Shown piece after piece: positions 1 to 12,705 of a stretch of DNA of 64,000 bases (its first letter is position 1; each line of letters begins with the position of its first letter). Both the position numbers and the translations under genes were made by a program. The stretch spans positions 344,676-408,675 of the forward strand of contig MU053629.1 of NCBI GenBank assembly GCA_013239625.1. Reading direction: 5' to 3'. The notes under the pieces are model-generated. The model did not search any database and was not told the origin of the DNA. It was given only the letters and a program-made list of their open reading frames with translations. Origin of the DNA: Lama guanicoe (taxonomy: Eukaryota).

Positions 1-513
1 TCTGTTCTTTGATTTTAGGTCTTGTTGCTGTCTTTTCTGTCTCCTACTTTCTTTCCTTAAATAGGATGTAAGCTGGTATTAGGTGGGGGCACAGCCCACT
101 TGATTTAAGGCTGCGGAGTTATCACTGGAGAAGCACTTGAGTGTAAATAAAGAACAGAGGCATTTGCTTTCTTTTTAACATAAGAAACAACATTCTAATT
201 CCAGACTCTACAAGAAAATAAAGTCAGCTTCCTCATAAGGACCTTAGTGTCTTTAAAAATAATTCCAAATTACAACCCCAGTAAGAAATGAGATCCTGTC
301 ATGGGATCCTCCAGGGTAAAACTAGTTACAGCCACAAACACACTCAGAGAGGAAATTAATAGCCAATTTTCCAGGAGGAAAGGTTAATTGTGGAGACTAT
401 TTCAAGGATAAGTCTCGGGAATTATGATCTATTGGACAAAAGGAAAATGAAATTATAACCAAGAAGATAAAATATTTTGGAGTAGCTAATTTTAATTATA
501 AAATAATAAAGTT

Positions 514-709
514 CAGGGGTTCTCAAATTTTAGTGCACGAAAGAATCACTTGGAGGGGGAAGGCTTGTACCAAACTCAGATCCCAAGGCCTCGGCCCCAG
601 AGATTCTGATTTAGTAGGTCTAGGATTAAACCCAGGATCTATGTTTTAATGAGCACAGTGAGCTGTTTCCACTGTCAAAAGTCTGCCAACCACACTTGAA
701 GAAATACTG
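514..709. mobile_element. MER5-family hAT-Charlie MITE
   Basis: Starts CAGGGGTTCTCAAA; internal AGAATCACTTGG...CCCCAGAGATTCTGATTTAGTAGGTCT; ends CCACACTTGAAGAAATACTG. Confidence 0.8.
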
Positions 710-1939
710 GATTAATATACATAAGATACGTAATCAAATGTTGTATTGGTTACAATTATGGCTGGAAGGAAGTCCAGAAATATGACGCACAGTTTGGTTA
801 GCAAAGAAGAGAATGAAATGCCACCCTGACAAGTGCCCATCAAACATTTCCGCCAGACATTTCAATTGCTGTGAACCATCCTACATACTGTCCATCTCCT
901 AAAATATAACTGTCTGGTTTTTAGCAGTTCAAAGTCTAATCATTATACACTGGCAATCAGAGAGAGTGTTTTAAAATAATTACAATATAAAGGAGCACGG
1001 CAAATGTTTCCGTGGGTTTTGATGGAATACTACACTCTTACTGTGAAATAGCATTGGACTTGCAAATTCTAAAATAAAAAGGAAAGAATTTAAAATCCTG
1101 TTTTAGAAGAAAATTAACTTTGTAGGTAAATGTTTTAAATGGAAAGAGGATGTAGGATATTACCATAAAAATCTTGGCTGTTCGGTGTGTGATTGGCAGA
1201 GTCAGTTTTACTGTTTATTAGTAACACATGCAGTTTGGAGAAGAAAACCCTAAGGACATCTGGGTTCAGCCCAGCCTCCCCGCTCTCAGCATGGGCAATC
1301 AAGTATTTCCAGTCGTTTCCACAGGTGACACGCTGACAATTGGATTTATGGAGCAGTGACCCAATTCAGTCATTCAGAGAGTTTAAAAAAAAACAAAACA
1401 AAAACATGTCACAACACGAGCAAAAATAGGAAAATGACAGTATGTGGAATCCGCTCATGAGAAAAGGAAGAACTTTAGGACTGTGGGGGATTATAAGGGA
1501 CCCCAGGTCCAGAACCTTCATTTTTTAGGTAGGGAATGGAGTCAGGAACAGATGGAAGCTTGTCTTTGACCTCGTGATGTCCTCGTGGATCTCAGACCTC
1601 TCAGCTCCCAGCTCAGCGGACCGAGGTTTATTTGGCTCATAATGATGGAGTGCTCACCTGCCCCCAGGACGGCAGCCTCTGGGCACCATCACTGCCTCTG
1701 GGGGCAGGCCTGGCTGCCCTGCTGACAGCACGCTGCCTTGAGTAATTACTTTTAAAAAATCACTTCTGTTATTCATTTAACTTATTGGGATACCTTTGCT
1801 TTTTTAAAAAAATAACTTTCTATAAGTCTCAAAATAAAACACTGTACACTGTAATCATAATGGGTTTTTTTCTTGTAACCTGCTTTTATCATTTCTTCTA
1901 TCATGAGTGTTCCCAGTGCCTTAGGTCTAATGGCTCAAC

Positions 1940-2040
1940 TGTTTTCCCAGATGGGACCCTGTCTATTTTGATCGACATGCCTTTAGCACCATGTCTGGCA
2001 CACAGCAGGAACTCAAGAAATATGCTTTGAATGAATTCAT
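1940..2040 (+). mobile_element. L2 LINE 3' end fragment
   Basis: CCTTTAGCACCATGTCTGGCACACAGCAGGAACTCAAGAAATATGCTTTGAATGAAT matches the typical L2 terminus. Confidence 0.7.
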
Positions 2041-2069
2041 TAGTAGACTATACTAATTAGTAGAATAAC

Positions 2070-2285
2070 TTATCCTTTATTGGGGCACATTGAGATTGAT
2101 TCCAGTTTTTTCACAATGATAAATAATGCTGCAGTGAACATTCTTTGATGAATCTTTGCACTTACTCCTTATTATTGCCTTATGATAAATTCCTAGAGGC
2201 GCAATTACTAGATCAAAGGCTTTGGATACATATTGCAGAATTGCCCTTCAGAAAAATGGTCCATTTTCCCCATCTTCCTGCCAAT
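2070..2285 (-). mobile_element. Old L1M (L1ME-like) fragment
   Basis: TTCCAGTTTTTT...AAATAATGCTGCAGTGAACATTCTT...TAAATTCCTAGAGG...ATTGCAGAATTGCCCTTCAGAAA, an antisense L1 signature. Confidence 0.7.
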
Positions 2286-4409
2286 TTTTTTTCTTTTCTT
2301 TTCGCTCACTCTTTTTTTTTTTTTTTAACAGTGAAGATATTTTTCTCTTGAGAACTGAAGTTAGTGCTGGCAAAAACATTTTAAAAGCCCTCTACCCATT
2401 TTGATTGAATAAAAACAACTTTTGAACCCTTTCCATCTGTATTGTATTAAGTTATACGGTAATTTCTCTAGAGGTGAAAGGTTACTGAAGCCACTGCTAA
2501 ATCGCTTATATTCCTTGGACTTGTTCTGCCTTATAAGTTTTATAAGAGGGGAGGTGAATGTGCTTTTTGCTTGAGAGAGAGCAAGTGAGCCAAGATTGGC
2601 TGTCATAGAATCAAGGTGGGACAAAGTGACAGGGCGGCAGGGCGACAGAGCAGGAAAAGCTGTGACCTTGGAGGACTCTACAGTGACCGCATTCTCACAC
2701 ACAACACACACACACATAACGTGGGAGGATCTCAGAGCACAGTGTCCTGGTGGGGAGGGGGATGCACATTTTTCAAGATTCATAAAAAGAAAAACAATGC
2801 ACATTAAACACATCAGAGAGGTGGCCTGTTCAGAAATGAGGAAGTAATGCAAGGAGATCCAATGTGAGGGGGACCATGCCCAGACCAAGGATGCTAACGT
2901 GCCACAGACTGAGGAGTGTAAGTAAGCTGAGTCCATGCAAAGAGAACAAGAAAGAAGGAAAGGAAGAAGGAAGGTGGTAGAGGGAGGGAGGAAGGGAGGG
3001 AGGAAGAGAGGGTGGGCTGTGACACCCTCTGAGCCCTGACTCTGTTACTAACTCTGGGTGAACTGCCCTCGAGTCCCTCCCCTCTTCCAGGCCTTGGTTG
3101 TAGGGTGCTGGGGAAGGACTAGATGATTCCCAAGATTCCAGCCGTGTCACGCTGTGATTCAAACACAAGCAGGACACAGATGCCGTGGCCTAGAGTCTTA
3201 CGTGGAAATACAGGTGTCTCGTTTCTCCTGTACACCCTGAGAAATCCCACAACAGAAAGCATCGATCGATTTGTAAAATAAACCATGTGCTTTTTGGAAG
3301 AATTACTGCTAGCATAGACTTCCATAATATTACAAGCAGATGTGAGCTGTTTATTAAATTTACAAACAGCAAAGTCCCATAATGATGGACCTCCCCAGGA
3401 TGGCCAGCTATTCCTTGGCAGAATTCCAGCAGGAAATTTTCTGGTGTCGACTGTTCTTCTTTCTTCTTGGAACCACACAGCATCAGACAATGTTTGAATT
3501 ATTTAAATATGCCCCAAATCTGCAGTTCATTGTCTTATCATTTCAAAGGATGGTGCTTCTATAAATCATATCAAATGTCTGAGATTCAAACCAAAAAGCT
3601 GAGGGGGAAAAAAAATCGGGCACAGATACTCCTGACTATCCAAGGAAAGCGTGCAGCAGAAAGGAAATGATACTGCATATTAAAAACAAGTATTCTTTTG
3701 AAAGGTTTATGTGAACACAAGATGATATAATGCAGTTGGTTGGCTTCACAGGTTAAAATGTGTGTGTGTGTGTGGCTATGTGTGTAGATTCTGAATTAAC
3801 CTAGTTAAAATGACATAACGTGCTCATAAGAGCAACAACAAAGTAAATGTATTAGAACATGTGGGGAGCTGAGGGGTTGCCTAAAGCAATTCTCCCGTTT
3901 ATTATGGAAGGGAACAGGCGAGCTTTGCTGAACACCTTGACACCATCTCTGCTGATGGATGCCAGACCATTCCTGTGTGATCAGTTTCCTCCTGGTTTTC
4001 ATTTGGAAGAGGAATCAGTCTGAAAACTAGGGTTTTTTCCTCTGGCATTAGAAACACGAGATTGGCCAACTTTTAAATATTCTATTGGTCTTAGTCAAGT
4101 TATGTAGGACCCAGTCACCCCTCTCTCGCTGTTGCTGGGAACTAGACATCCACAAGAAAGGAGATAAACAGTAACAGATCACTCCCAGTGCCTTACTCAT
4201 GGAGAACATTTTGTCTGTTCTTGGCTTTGCTAGCGGAGATTTGGACCCCAGGAGAAACACTGTCAGTTTCAGTGTTTGTGGCGACAAAGAACAGGGCTTC
4301 TTCCAGCATGGGCTTCTCTCCCACCCTGCTGCAGCCCCTGAGGACTCCAGTTCATTTTAGCCCACCTTGCATAGGGGAATGTGGTGGGTACCTGGGAAGA
4401 GATGGGAAG

Positions 4410-4810
4410 GTAGCCAGGAACATAGGTGCAACTCCCAGAAAGCAGACTCTGAGACTCAGATTTGTGTGCAGGTCATCAATTGAGAAATGCTTTCAGGAAC
4501 CATACTTGTGAGGGGATGAAGAAAGCAAGATAAATGGGGGAAGAGGCTGGACTGAGATACAGTCACAAAAAGACCTCAGGGATTCCAAGGGATGCTCTCC
4601 TGCTGGGGCAGCTCTTGAGAATCGCTTCCACCTTGGCCACTATTACTGGTACCCACACATCAACCGCCTGGTTGTTGGATACTGGCTATCTCCTCCCCAC
4701 ACCACACAAATACACTTCCCCCGTGTTGGGAGGGGTGGAGAGGGACTCAGACAAGAGCCATCAGCCACCGAAACTTCCAGCAGCTGGAGGAAGGAGTGCC
4801 AGAGTGGACG
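4410..4810 (-). mobile_element. LTR16-like ERVL solo LTR fragment
   Basis: CCCAGAAAGCAGACTCTGAGACTCAGATTTGTGTGCAGG...CAGTCACAAAAAGACCTCAG...GCTGGGGCAGCTCTTGAGA resembles the LTR16 reverse complement. Confidence 0.65.
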
Positions 4811-5789
4811 CACCACAGCAACCACCACAATATAGAAGATGCATCTCAGCCATTAAGGCGCTTACAGTCTTGCTGAGGGAACAAGACACGTATATTAACC
4901 ACAGCACAAGGCAATAGATTATAACTGTCAAGTGAATGGTATTGATTATATGTTTTATAGATGTGTTGGAAAATGACAGAAAGCTAGCAGTGGAATTATG
5001 AATTATTTGACTCAACTCACTCAATTTCCAAATGAGAATAGTCTGATGTTAAAAGTGAAGAGACACGCCCAAGGTTACCTATCTACCGTGGAAACACCTA
5101 AGTTCCTGATTCCCATTTCAATCCTCATTCTCCTCAGGAAATCTCCCCCTTTGGAAGTGGTTGCTTTTGACAGGAATGATCTGTGTAATCTTGACTAGAA
5201 CCAGGTAAGGTTGAAAACAGAACCTCTGAAATAGATTCTCACCTGGAGAAGAATTAAATTCAAACAAATATCTTTGGTCTCAGTCTAAACAATTGTCAGT
5301 CGAGACGTGGGACTATAATGATTGCCCTCAGCTTATAAGTAATTTCATGTTGCATCACTTGTCATTCTGTTTGTGGCAATGTGGGAGGTCACCATCTCTT
5401 ATTAAGGAATGGCCAGCGCCAGCTATGCTCATTTTGCAGAAATGAGAAATGGTTTCTGAGTATGTCCCCCCAAAACACCAAAGAACATATGGGTAAGAAA
5501 CCATCAGAGTCAATACCAGACCACACTGGTGACATCCAACTTCTGTCGGGTTATTTGGTAAACCACAGCTATAGTCTGTAGGAGTGCTTCTCTCTTCCAA
5601 ATGACAGCATGGCCTGCTAAAGGTCTCCTTTTTTTTTTTTCTAGAATCTTCCAGCTCATTTTTCACCCATCTGTATAAGTTACTTCTACAAACATGTAGG
5701 GTACCTTGTAGGGAGTGACAGAAAGGGCACCTTAAATGACACTGAACTAAGTCAATAGTAAAGATCTGAGTCCTTTGATAAGTTACTAG

Positions 5790-5960
5790 CTGTTTATTCC
5801 TTCAGTCATTCCTTCACCAGATGTTCGCTCAGCACCTACTATGTCCTAAGTACCATTGTTAGCGCTGAGGGCTTGAAGATGAGTAAAATATGATCCCTCA
5901 GGAACCAAGCCTCAGGAAGCTTTTGATCCAGTGGACAAGACAGAGATGTGAATATGAGTC
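5790..5960 (-). mobile_element. L2 3' end fragment
   Basis: TTTATTCCTTCAGTCATTCCTTCACCAGATGTTCGCTCAGCACCTACTATGTCCTAAG. Confidence 0.7.
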
Positions 5961-6169
5961 AGTTGTAAATGCTATGCTTAAAACCACAGTGGGGACATCG
6001 GTGGTGGGATGGCGCTAGAGATGTTTCTGCTACAGAGTCCATTTTGTTTGACGGAACACATCATTTGGCTTTAAGCCTTATCCATTATTTGCTTATTCAT
6101 TCAAAAAAGTTACTGGGGGATTTTCATGTACTTAGCACAGTGCTATTTACTACAAGTACATCTAATTGA

Positions 6170-6325
6170 ATGACTCAGCACTGCTTGCTAGGAAGTTCCT
6201 AATAATGAAGAGTTTTAATTAATTAAAACATCTCTCTATCTGTTTCATTGTGCTTGGTTTTCTGAAGCATACATATGTCGAGGGAACCCAAGCATTCCAC
6301 CCATTCCATATCATGTCCCATTCCA
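6170..6325. promoter_or_regulatory. Candidate upstream enhancer (AP-1/ARE plus TEAD motifs)
   Basis: ATGACTCAGCA at 6170-6180; CATTCCA at 6293, 6302 and 6319. Motif evidence only. Confidence 0.4.
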
Positions 6326-7945
6326 GATCACTCAAGTAGACGGGAGCTTGGCTTCCTCCTGATCCCAGCATCTCTTGTCCCAACATCTCCTCTGCCCCTT
6401 GACTCTCCTGACTTGGAACACTCTCCCAGCTCTTTGCTGTTGACTTGTTCTAGTGGTTCTTTTAGTCTTATCTCACTTCCCTAAAATCTAAGTTCCTCAA
6501 TACACTCTGGAAACAAACAAAAATATACCAGCCTGCACAGCTTTTCTCTCCAGTCCTTCTCCGTAGCTTAGATACAAATTCAGTTACCCTGGCTCATTCT
6601 AGGGGAAACCGCTGTTCCATGCCCTGACTGTGTCTCTGCAGAGAGCATGAAGGTAGCGAGCGTGGGCACACTCACACACCCATCTTTGCCACTTGGGAGA
6701 TTGTTCCTTCTTAAATGGTTTATTATCCAGCCTGAAGCCCAGTACAGAAGTAAGCTGTTTGGTGGAGCAGTGGGGATGAACTGGGCTCAGTGATGAATGT
6801 GGTGGTCATTGCAGTGACCCCACAGAGATAGATGTACTCAACCTCGTGCGTTCCTCACTTCTCTTCTAACCTCCTTTGAAGTCTCAGGTTTCCCTTCCTA
6901 GTTTCTCGTTGGGCCATCCACCCTGCTGCTATTCCCCTCAAAACCCTTCTCCCACCAGGTCTCCCTTCACTAACCTGTAATTACTCTTCACCCTCCATTT
7001 CCCAGGAGGCCCCCAAGCCCCTGTGCAGCATATGTTCTCACTCCCACATTGGTTCTGCCTTTGCTTCTCCATGTTGGGTCTTGCACTACCACTGATCCAT
7101 TTCATCAGCCATCAGGGGTCAAAACTTCTCCAGAACACAAAAGGAATGGCAGAAGGGGGGCCACGGTGGAGTATAAAGCTATCGTTGTAGGACACACTCA
7201 ATTCACGGCAAGCAGAGTCCCGTTTGGCATGGACCAGCCGCTGCTGCGTGATGCACACACGCATTGCTAAGAGGGCTCTCTTTGACTTGCACAAAGAGTA
7301 TGGAGAAATGTGTGCATCTTCACAGTGTAGTATAATGGACTATAATTCTTCAGGAAACTCTTCAGAGACAAGTAGTTTATGATGAATCAGGTCTAGCAGA
7401 CAATGCTCAGTGGGCACAGGTGTGAGACTCAATCCTCAGCACTTCTTGTGGGTTTCTCCCCAATGTGGTCTCTAGACCCACCGCATCATTATCACCTGGG
7501 ATGCTTTTAAAGGGAGAAACTTAATAAATCTGGATCTCTTGCAGCAGGTCCTAGGCATCTGAGTGAGAAGCCTATTGAGCCTAGGTTTGGATGAGAGACA
7601 GCCCTCCTTTATGAGAAATGCCCAGTGCTTGGAAAACTTCTCCCTCCCCTGCCTCACAGCTACACAGTAGCTCTCTGCCTGGCCTTATCTGCAATTCTGC
7701 AGATATTTATCTCCCTGGAGACTTCCTCCCTAGAAAGGATTGTTTCCATCTTCTTAAGATTCTATATAGGGAATCATTCTATAATTAATTTCAGGTTGGG
7801 TTGAGAATATTTTTTCTATAGATATGGTGGGCTCTATGATGCATATGGGAGACATTCTCAATAGATAATATTTATAATGTTGTAACTGTGGAACACTTCC
7901 CTGCCCAAGCAACAAGATCAGCTGCCCCTAAACGGACCTAGACTT

Positions 7946-8006
7946 ATTTTTTGTATATATGTATTTTTTACTGAAGTATAGTCAGTTTACAATGTTGTGT
8001 CAATTT
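7946..8006 (-). mobile_element. Extremely 5'-truncated L1 3' terminus with 12-bp TSD
   Basis: GGACCTAGACTT at 7934-7945 and 8007-8018 flanks a T-rich tail plus TACTGAAGTATAGTCAGTTTACAATGTTGTGTCAATTT, the reverse complement of the L1 end type seen at ~47880-47915. Confidence 0.85.
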
Positions 8007-8289
8007 GGACCTAGACTTTTTAAACTCTAAAAATAAACATTTCGAAGCTACAGTTCTTCAGTTTTCATTTGAATGGAATTTAGAGGGATTTGGAATCTTT
8101 TTAGTGCTAGTTCTTATGTTCATTGATATGATATGAACTTTACTGTAAATTTTCCAGTTCACAATGAATTCTAAGAAGTTGTGAACCTTTTCAGGTAAAG
8201 AAGGTGCTTGTCATCACACAGTACTGCTAGAATCAGAACGCCCCCCTTCCACAGCCCTGAATGAGTCATCGATTCAGGCAACCATCTTT

Positions 8290-8530
8290 GATAGTGAAAC
8301 CCCTTGATAAAAGGCTTGTGGGAACTTTATAATGTCGGAATCAGGATGGTACCTCCTGAACCCACTGGTCAATCGCAGCCTCACTGGAATGTGGACAACT
8401 TGACATTATGTTCCTCCCCGTATGTGATGCAGCATGAGACATGCAGTACCATCTGTAAAGTGTCCTTGCCCCAAATGTAAACTACAACCTAATTAAGCTG
8501 ATAGAAACAACTTCCAGTTTACAAGAAATA
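8290..8530 (+). mobile_element. Old L1MC/L1ME 3' UTR fragment
   Basis: GACATTATGTTCCTCCCCGTATGTGATGCAGCATGAGAC...CTTGCCCCAAATGTAAACT...CTTCCAGTTTACAAGAAATA. Confidence 0.55.
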
Positions 8531-9102
8531 GTATAGTGAGCAGTTCTCTTCAAGACTTCTTGTCTCCTAAGACCCAACACCCGTAGCAGCATAAAAGAAG
8601 GAACCTCAGAATTACCATTATTTAATTTTGACTGTCTTTCTGATTAATTAAGAAATCTATTTCACTGTCCTAAGTGATTGGATAATGAAGAAAGAGATGC
8701 ATCAGCATGAGTGAAGCCCAGTGAATGCAGAAAATTTATAGGTTGGGTATTCTGTACTTAAGTACTAAAGCAATAAATAAAATAAAAGCATTAAATAAAA
8801 GTTAGAATGGCACGGGGTGAAATTTATAGAGATAAATAATATAATACCATTTCATCCCACTGATTATTGTAAAGAGCCCTATATTTCCACAGTAGCCTTG
8901 TAGTTCTGAGCCACATATTAATACATTACAAAAGATTAAAATCCTTTAATTTCACAGGAGACCAAAATGATGTTTTTACACTTAATCTTTCTGATATTGG
9001 GAAAGATGAAAAGTTATCCCCTTATTCCTATTTTACCTTTAGGTAGAAAAAATTAAGCTAAATGAGTTAGTGCTAGAGGTTTCTGCTTTGTTCTGTTTTT
9101 AA

Positions 9103-9310
9103 TTTTAATTTTTTATTGAAGTAGAGTTGATTGACAATGTTCCAGGTGAACAGCAAAATGATGCAGTTACACACACACACAGACACACACACACATATAT
9201 GCTTTTTCAGATTCTTTTCCATTACAAGCTATATTACAAGATACTGAATATAGTTCCCTGTGCTATATAGTAGGTCCTTGTTGCTTATCTATTTTATATA
9301 TAGTAGTGTG
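9103..9310 (-). mobile_element. Artiodactyl/camelid-type L1 3' UTR fragment with internal (CA)n
   Basis: TTTTTATTGAAGTAGAGTTGATTGACAATGTT...ACAAGATACTGAATATAGTTCCCTGTGCTATATAGTAGGTCCTTGTTG; homologous to the L1 ends at 21.8 kb and 47.8 kb. Confidence 0.85.
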
Positions 9311-12300
9311 GGTTTTGTTTTAATCTTAGTCAGATTGCATTGGGGAAATATTTAAAGAATAATATTAAGAGCTGATGCATTACAAACCATCTGAATGGAT
9401 ATTTTCCTCTTTTTTCCTTCTCTTTCCAGCTTCCTTCCAACTTACTTACCCTTTACGTGGTTCTGTATCATGCCAACTTTATAGCCTTTGCAAAGGGGGT
9501 TCTAATGCTGAAAATTCTGAGTTTATCAAAATAAAGATAGAACAATATGATAATGCTAAGAGACTGATAAATCTCAATGGAATCACCTTTTGAGGCAAAG
9601 TGAGAACAATCAAAGCTTCTTAACCTGATGAAGGTCCCGGAGATGGATCTGGCCGGAAGTAAAATTTACTCAAAATGGTGAGACAAATAATGTATGAGCC
9701 AGTTCATCAGAACTCCTGCATGGTAGTTGATCTTAAAGGTTCAATGAATACTTAATGATGCTAAGTTGATATCCTAAGGCATCCTCATTGAGTTGCTCTG
9801 GGCAACAGAATATAGGGCTACAAGGACCACAGCTAATCCTCTGTGGCTAGGATTGGTGTTGTCAGGAAAAAATTCCCTTTTTGGGGGGCAGTGCATTCTA
9901 AATCTTAAAAGCTTGTAACTCTGAGGGAAGTGACTGATTAAAGGAAAATTTAAAGGCCTCTTATCAACAGAATTAGTTTGAATATCTAGTGTGTCCTCTC
10001 TAATCTAACACTCCTTGAAAGGCAAGGGTTATATTTTATTCAGTTGGATTCTGCACAGCTGGGAGGGAGAGTTTTTGCTCATAATGGGTCCTGGCATTAA
10101 CCCAAAAAATATTTATTAAACTGATTTAAAGAAATAGGCAAGTAACAATTGTGCTGGATATATTTATTTTGTCTTTGATGGAGACCCAAAGCCATCACTT
10201 ACCCCTTTGAAGTTACATTAAAAATATCTAAGTAATTTCTACCCACATTTACTATGTTTCAGTTCATCACTTTCAATTATTTAGTAAAAAGCAATTACTG
10301 ACTTAGGCATGATCTCATCATCCTATTTGTTTAGAACAAATATATTCCATTTGAGATTGACTTAGAATGATATTTCCTAGAGGACAAAAAATGTATTATT
10401 TTAAAATTAAAGTTGGTCTGATGCCTAAACAAAATGTTTTAAAACAATTTTGTGGCATCTACAAGTAAATACATCTCCAGAGCTGAAGAAGCCATCCTTA
10501 TTCAATGTAATTTAGTAATAGAGAGGAAATTAAGTATGATCATAGATTTTTTTAATTTAGTTTAAAAGTCTTTCTACAATACTTTGCTATTAGAGAACAT
10601 CCCATGAAAATATGTTTATATATATAACATTAAAAAAATCCTAAATGACCTGAGAGACTTAAAAGTTAGATATTTAATAGTAAAAGTTTTGATGATCCAC
10701 AATAAAAATATTTAAAAATATTTTTAACCACAGTATAGTAACCTCAAACAAGTCTTCTCAATTCAATGAGCAAGCAACCAAAAGAGAATCACCCTGCCTC
10801 ACATACTGTTGATATTAACCATGATTTGGATTAACGATAAATTCAATTTAGTGTGATAATTATTGGAATTCTTCTAGACAGCGTGTTCTTTGGGGATGTT
10901 TAAAGAACCTCCAGTAGTGTGTTTTATATACCATAGGAAAAGAAAAATTAATCTCAAGCACGTCCTGTGTTGGGTACAATAATAACAATTGTTTCCTGAA
11001 TCTTTGTGAGCAATTTCCTCTTTAAAAAAAAGAGATTTAAATCTGAATCTACCACTCCATCCTGAATAGTCAGGAATAAGGTGAGATCCCATGCTTAGAG
11101 ACAGCTACAAAACTAAACTATATTAATTCTTGCAAAATGTCAAATATCTGCCTTTCAAATAAAATGGAAGTAACTTATTAATTGTACGCTGTGCTGAAAC
11201 TCAGATAATATTCTCCCTATAATTATTAGGTAATATTTTCTCCTAGAACTTATAATTAGAAAGGAGATGGAGAGATTTCTATAAACCTAGAAATGTCAAA
11301 TGAGAATAGGAGCCCAAGTATCTTGTTTTCATCTCTGGTTCTGAGTAACAGGCAGTTTTCAGAAAATGTGGTTCCCACTTCTGCCTTGCTCCCAGGAGTG
11401 GATAAAACAATTTGGAAAGGGGGAAAAATATCATGAACTGTTGTGTATTTTACCAAGGAAGCCCCAGAACATACAGCACAAAATATGATTTTATTAACAA
11501 AAGTAGAACAAAATACTTGGTGGAATTTCTTTTTGCTCTTCAATATGGGCACAGTTGGGTTGGCTCAGGTATGTACATGTGTAGACAGAAAGTCAGCAGA
11601 TTAGGGCTAACAGCGCAATGGGTGGAGTAGAGCAATTTCTTAGCATTTGGTTCCTTAGCACCAAGCAAGTCTGGCTTGGTCTTTATAGCTCTAGCTTGTG
11701 GGAAGAATGGGTTTGCATTCCACATACATTTATAGGTGACTAGGATGCTCTCTTTTTATTTTCCCCAATACTGCAGGTTTTTTTCCCACAAAATGTATAT
11801 CTTTCCAGTTCTTAGTGATCTGCTTGGCAGGAACTGGGACAGTATGAAGGCTTGGTAAATTACTTAATGGAATGAATTTTATTGCAGGCCCCAGATACCC
11901 TAAGATACATTGCCACCATGTTTTCTTCTGCTGGATGGAGACAAAAACCTAAGAATGTGAACTTATTGGGTCAGATGTTTTGCTGGTCTACAATGAATTA
12001 TGATCACTGTGACTAGTAAAGAGAGAGACTACTAATAGCTGACTCTAAATTTAGAAATAACTATCTTTTAAGGTCTAGAGAAGCCTCTGTTTCAGAGCAA
12101 TTACTGTAGGTTTCTGGTAAAATCAATTTTACCTCTACTGAGGAGGTTGTTGAAAAAATATACCACTAGGCAATAGAATGGTTAGAGTTGGTCTTTCTAA
12201 AGAAATAGTAAATGGTCTTGAGGTCCTAACAGAGGTTAGAGAAACTAAGACACTATAAAAATAGGTGAAGTGTCCAAAGTCAGTTATTTAGAAGCTAGGA

Positions 12301-12604
12301 CTAAAAGCAAAGAATTCTAGGATTGATGTTCTCATAGGGAAAAGTGTATGATTGATCTCAGAGAGCCACAAATAGTATTAATTGCATAAATAATGCACAA
12401 GTCTTTGGACACCTGCACCTCACTGCTCTGAATGTCTCAGACTTAATTGCTATTTAGAAAAGTGTAAAATTCCAAAACTAAACCAAGGCTATAAACTCTA
12501 CAACATGTTAGTGTCCCAGGATTACACTGACAGTGTCACAGGAGAGATGACTTTTCAGGTATCTCAGGAACTAGCCAAGTAGACAGTGAATAAATATGCA
12601 TTTT

Positions 12605-12705
12605 AATGAGTAAGTATTCATTGTGCAACTTCTATGTGCCAGGCCCTCTTTTAAGCACAGAGGTTCAGATAAAATCCTTGCTCTTGTGGAGTGTACCTTC
12701 TAATA
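12605..12705 (-). mobile_element. L2 3' end fragment
   Basis: AAGTATTCATTGTGCAACTTCTATGTGCCAGGCCCTCTTTTAAGCACAGAGG...CCTTGCTCTTGTGGAG. Confidence 0.6.

Noticed and set aside
6620..7300. Possible old LTR remnant
   Set aside because: Too degenerate to assign a family or boundaries by eye.
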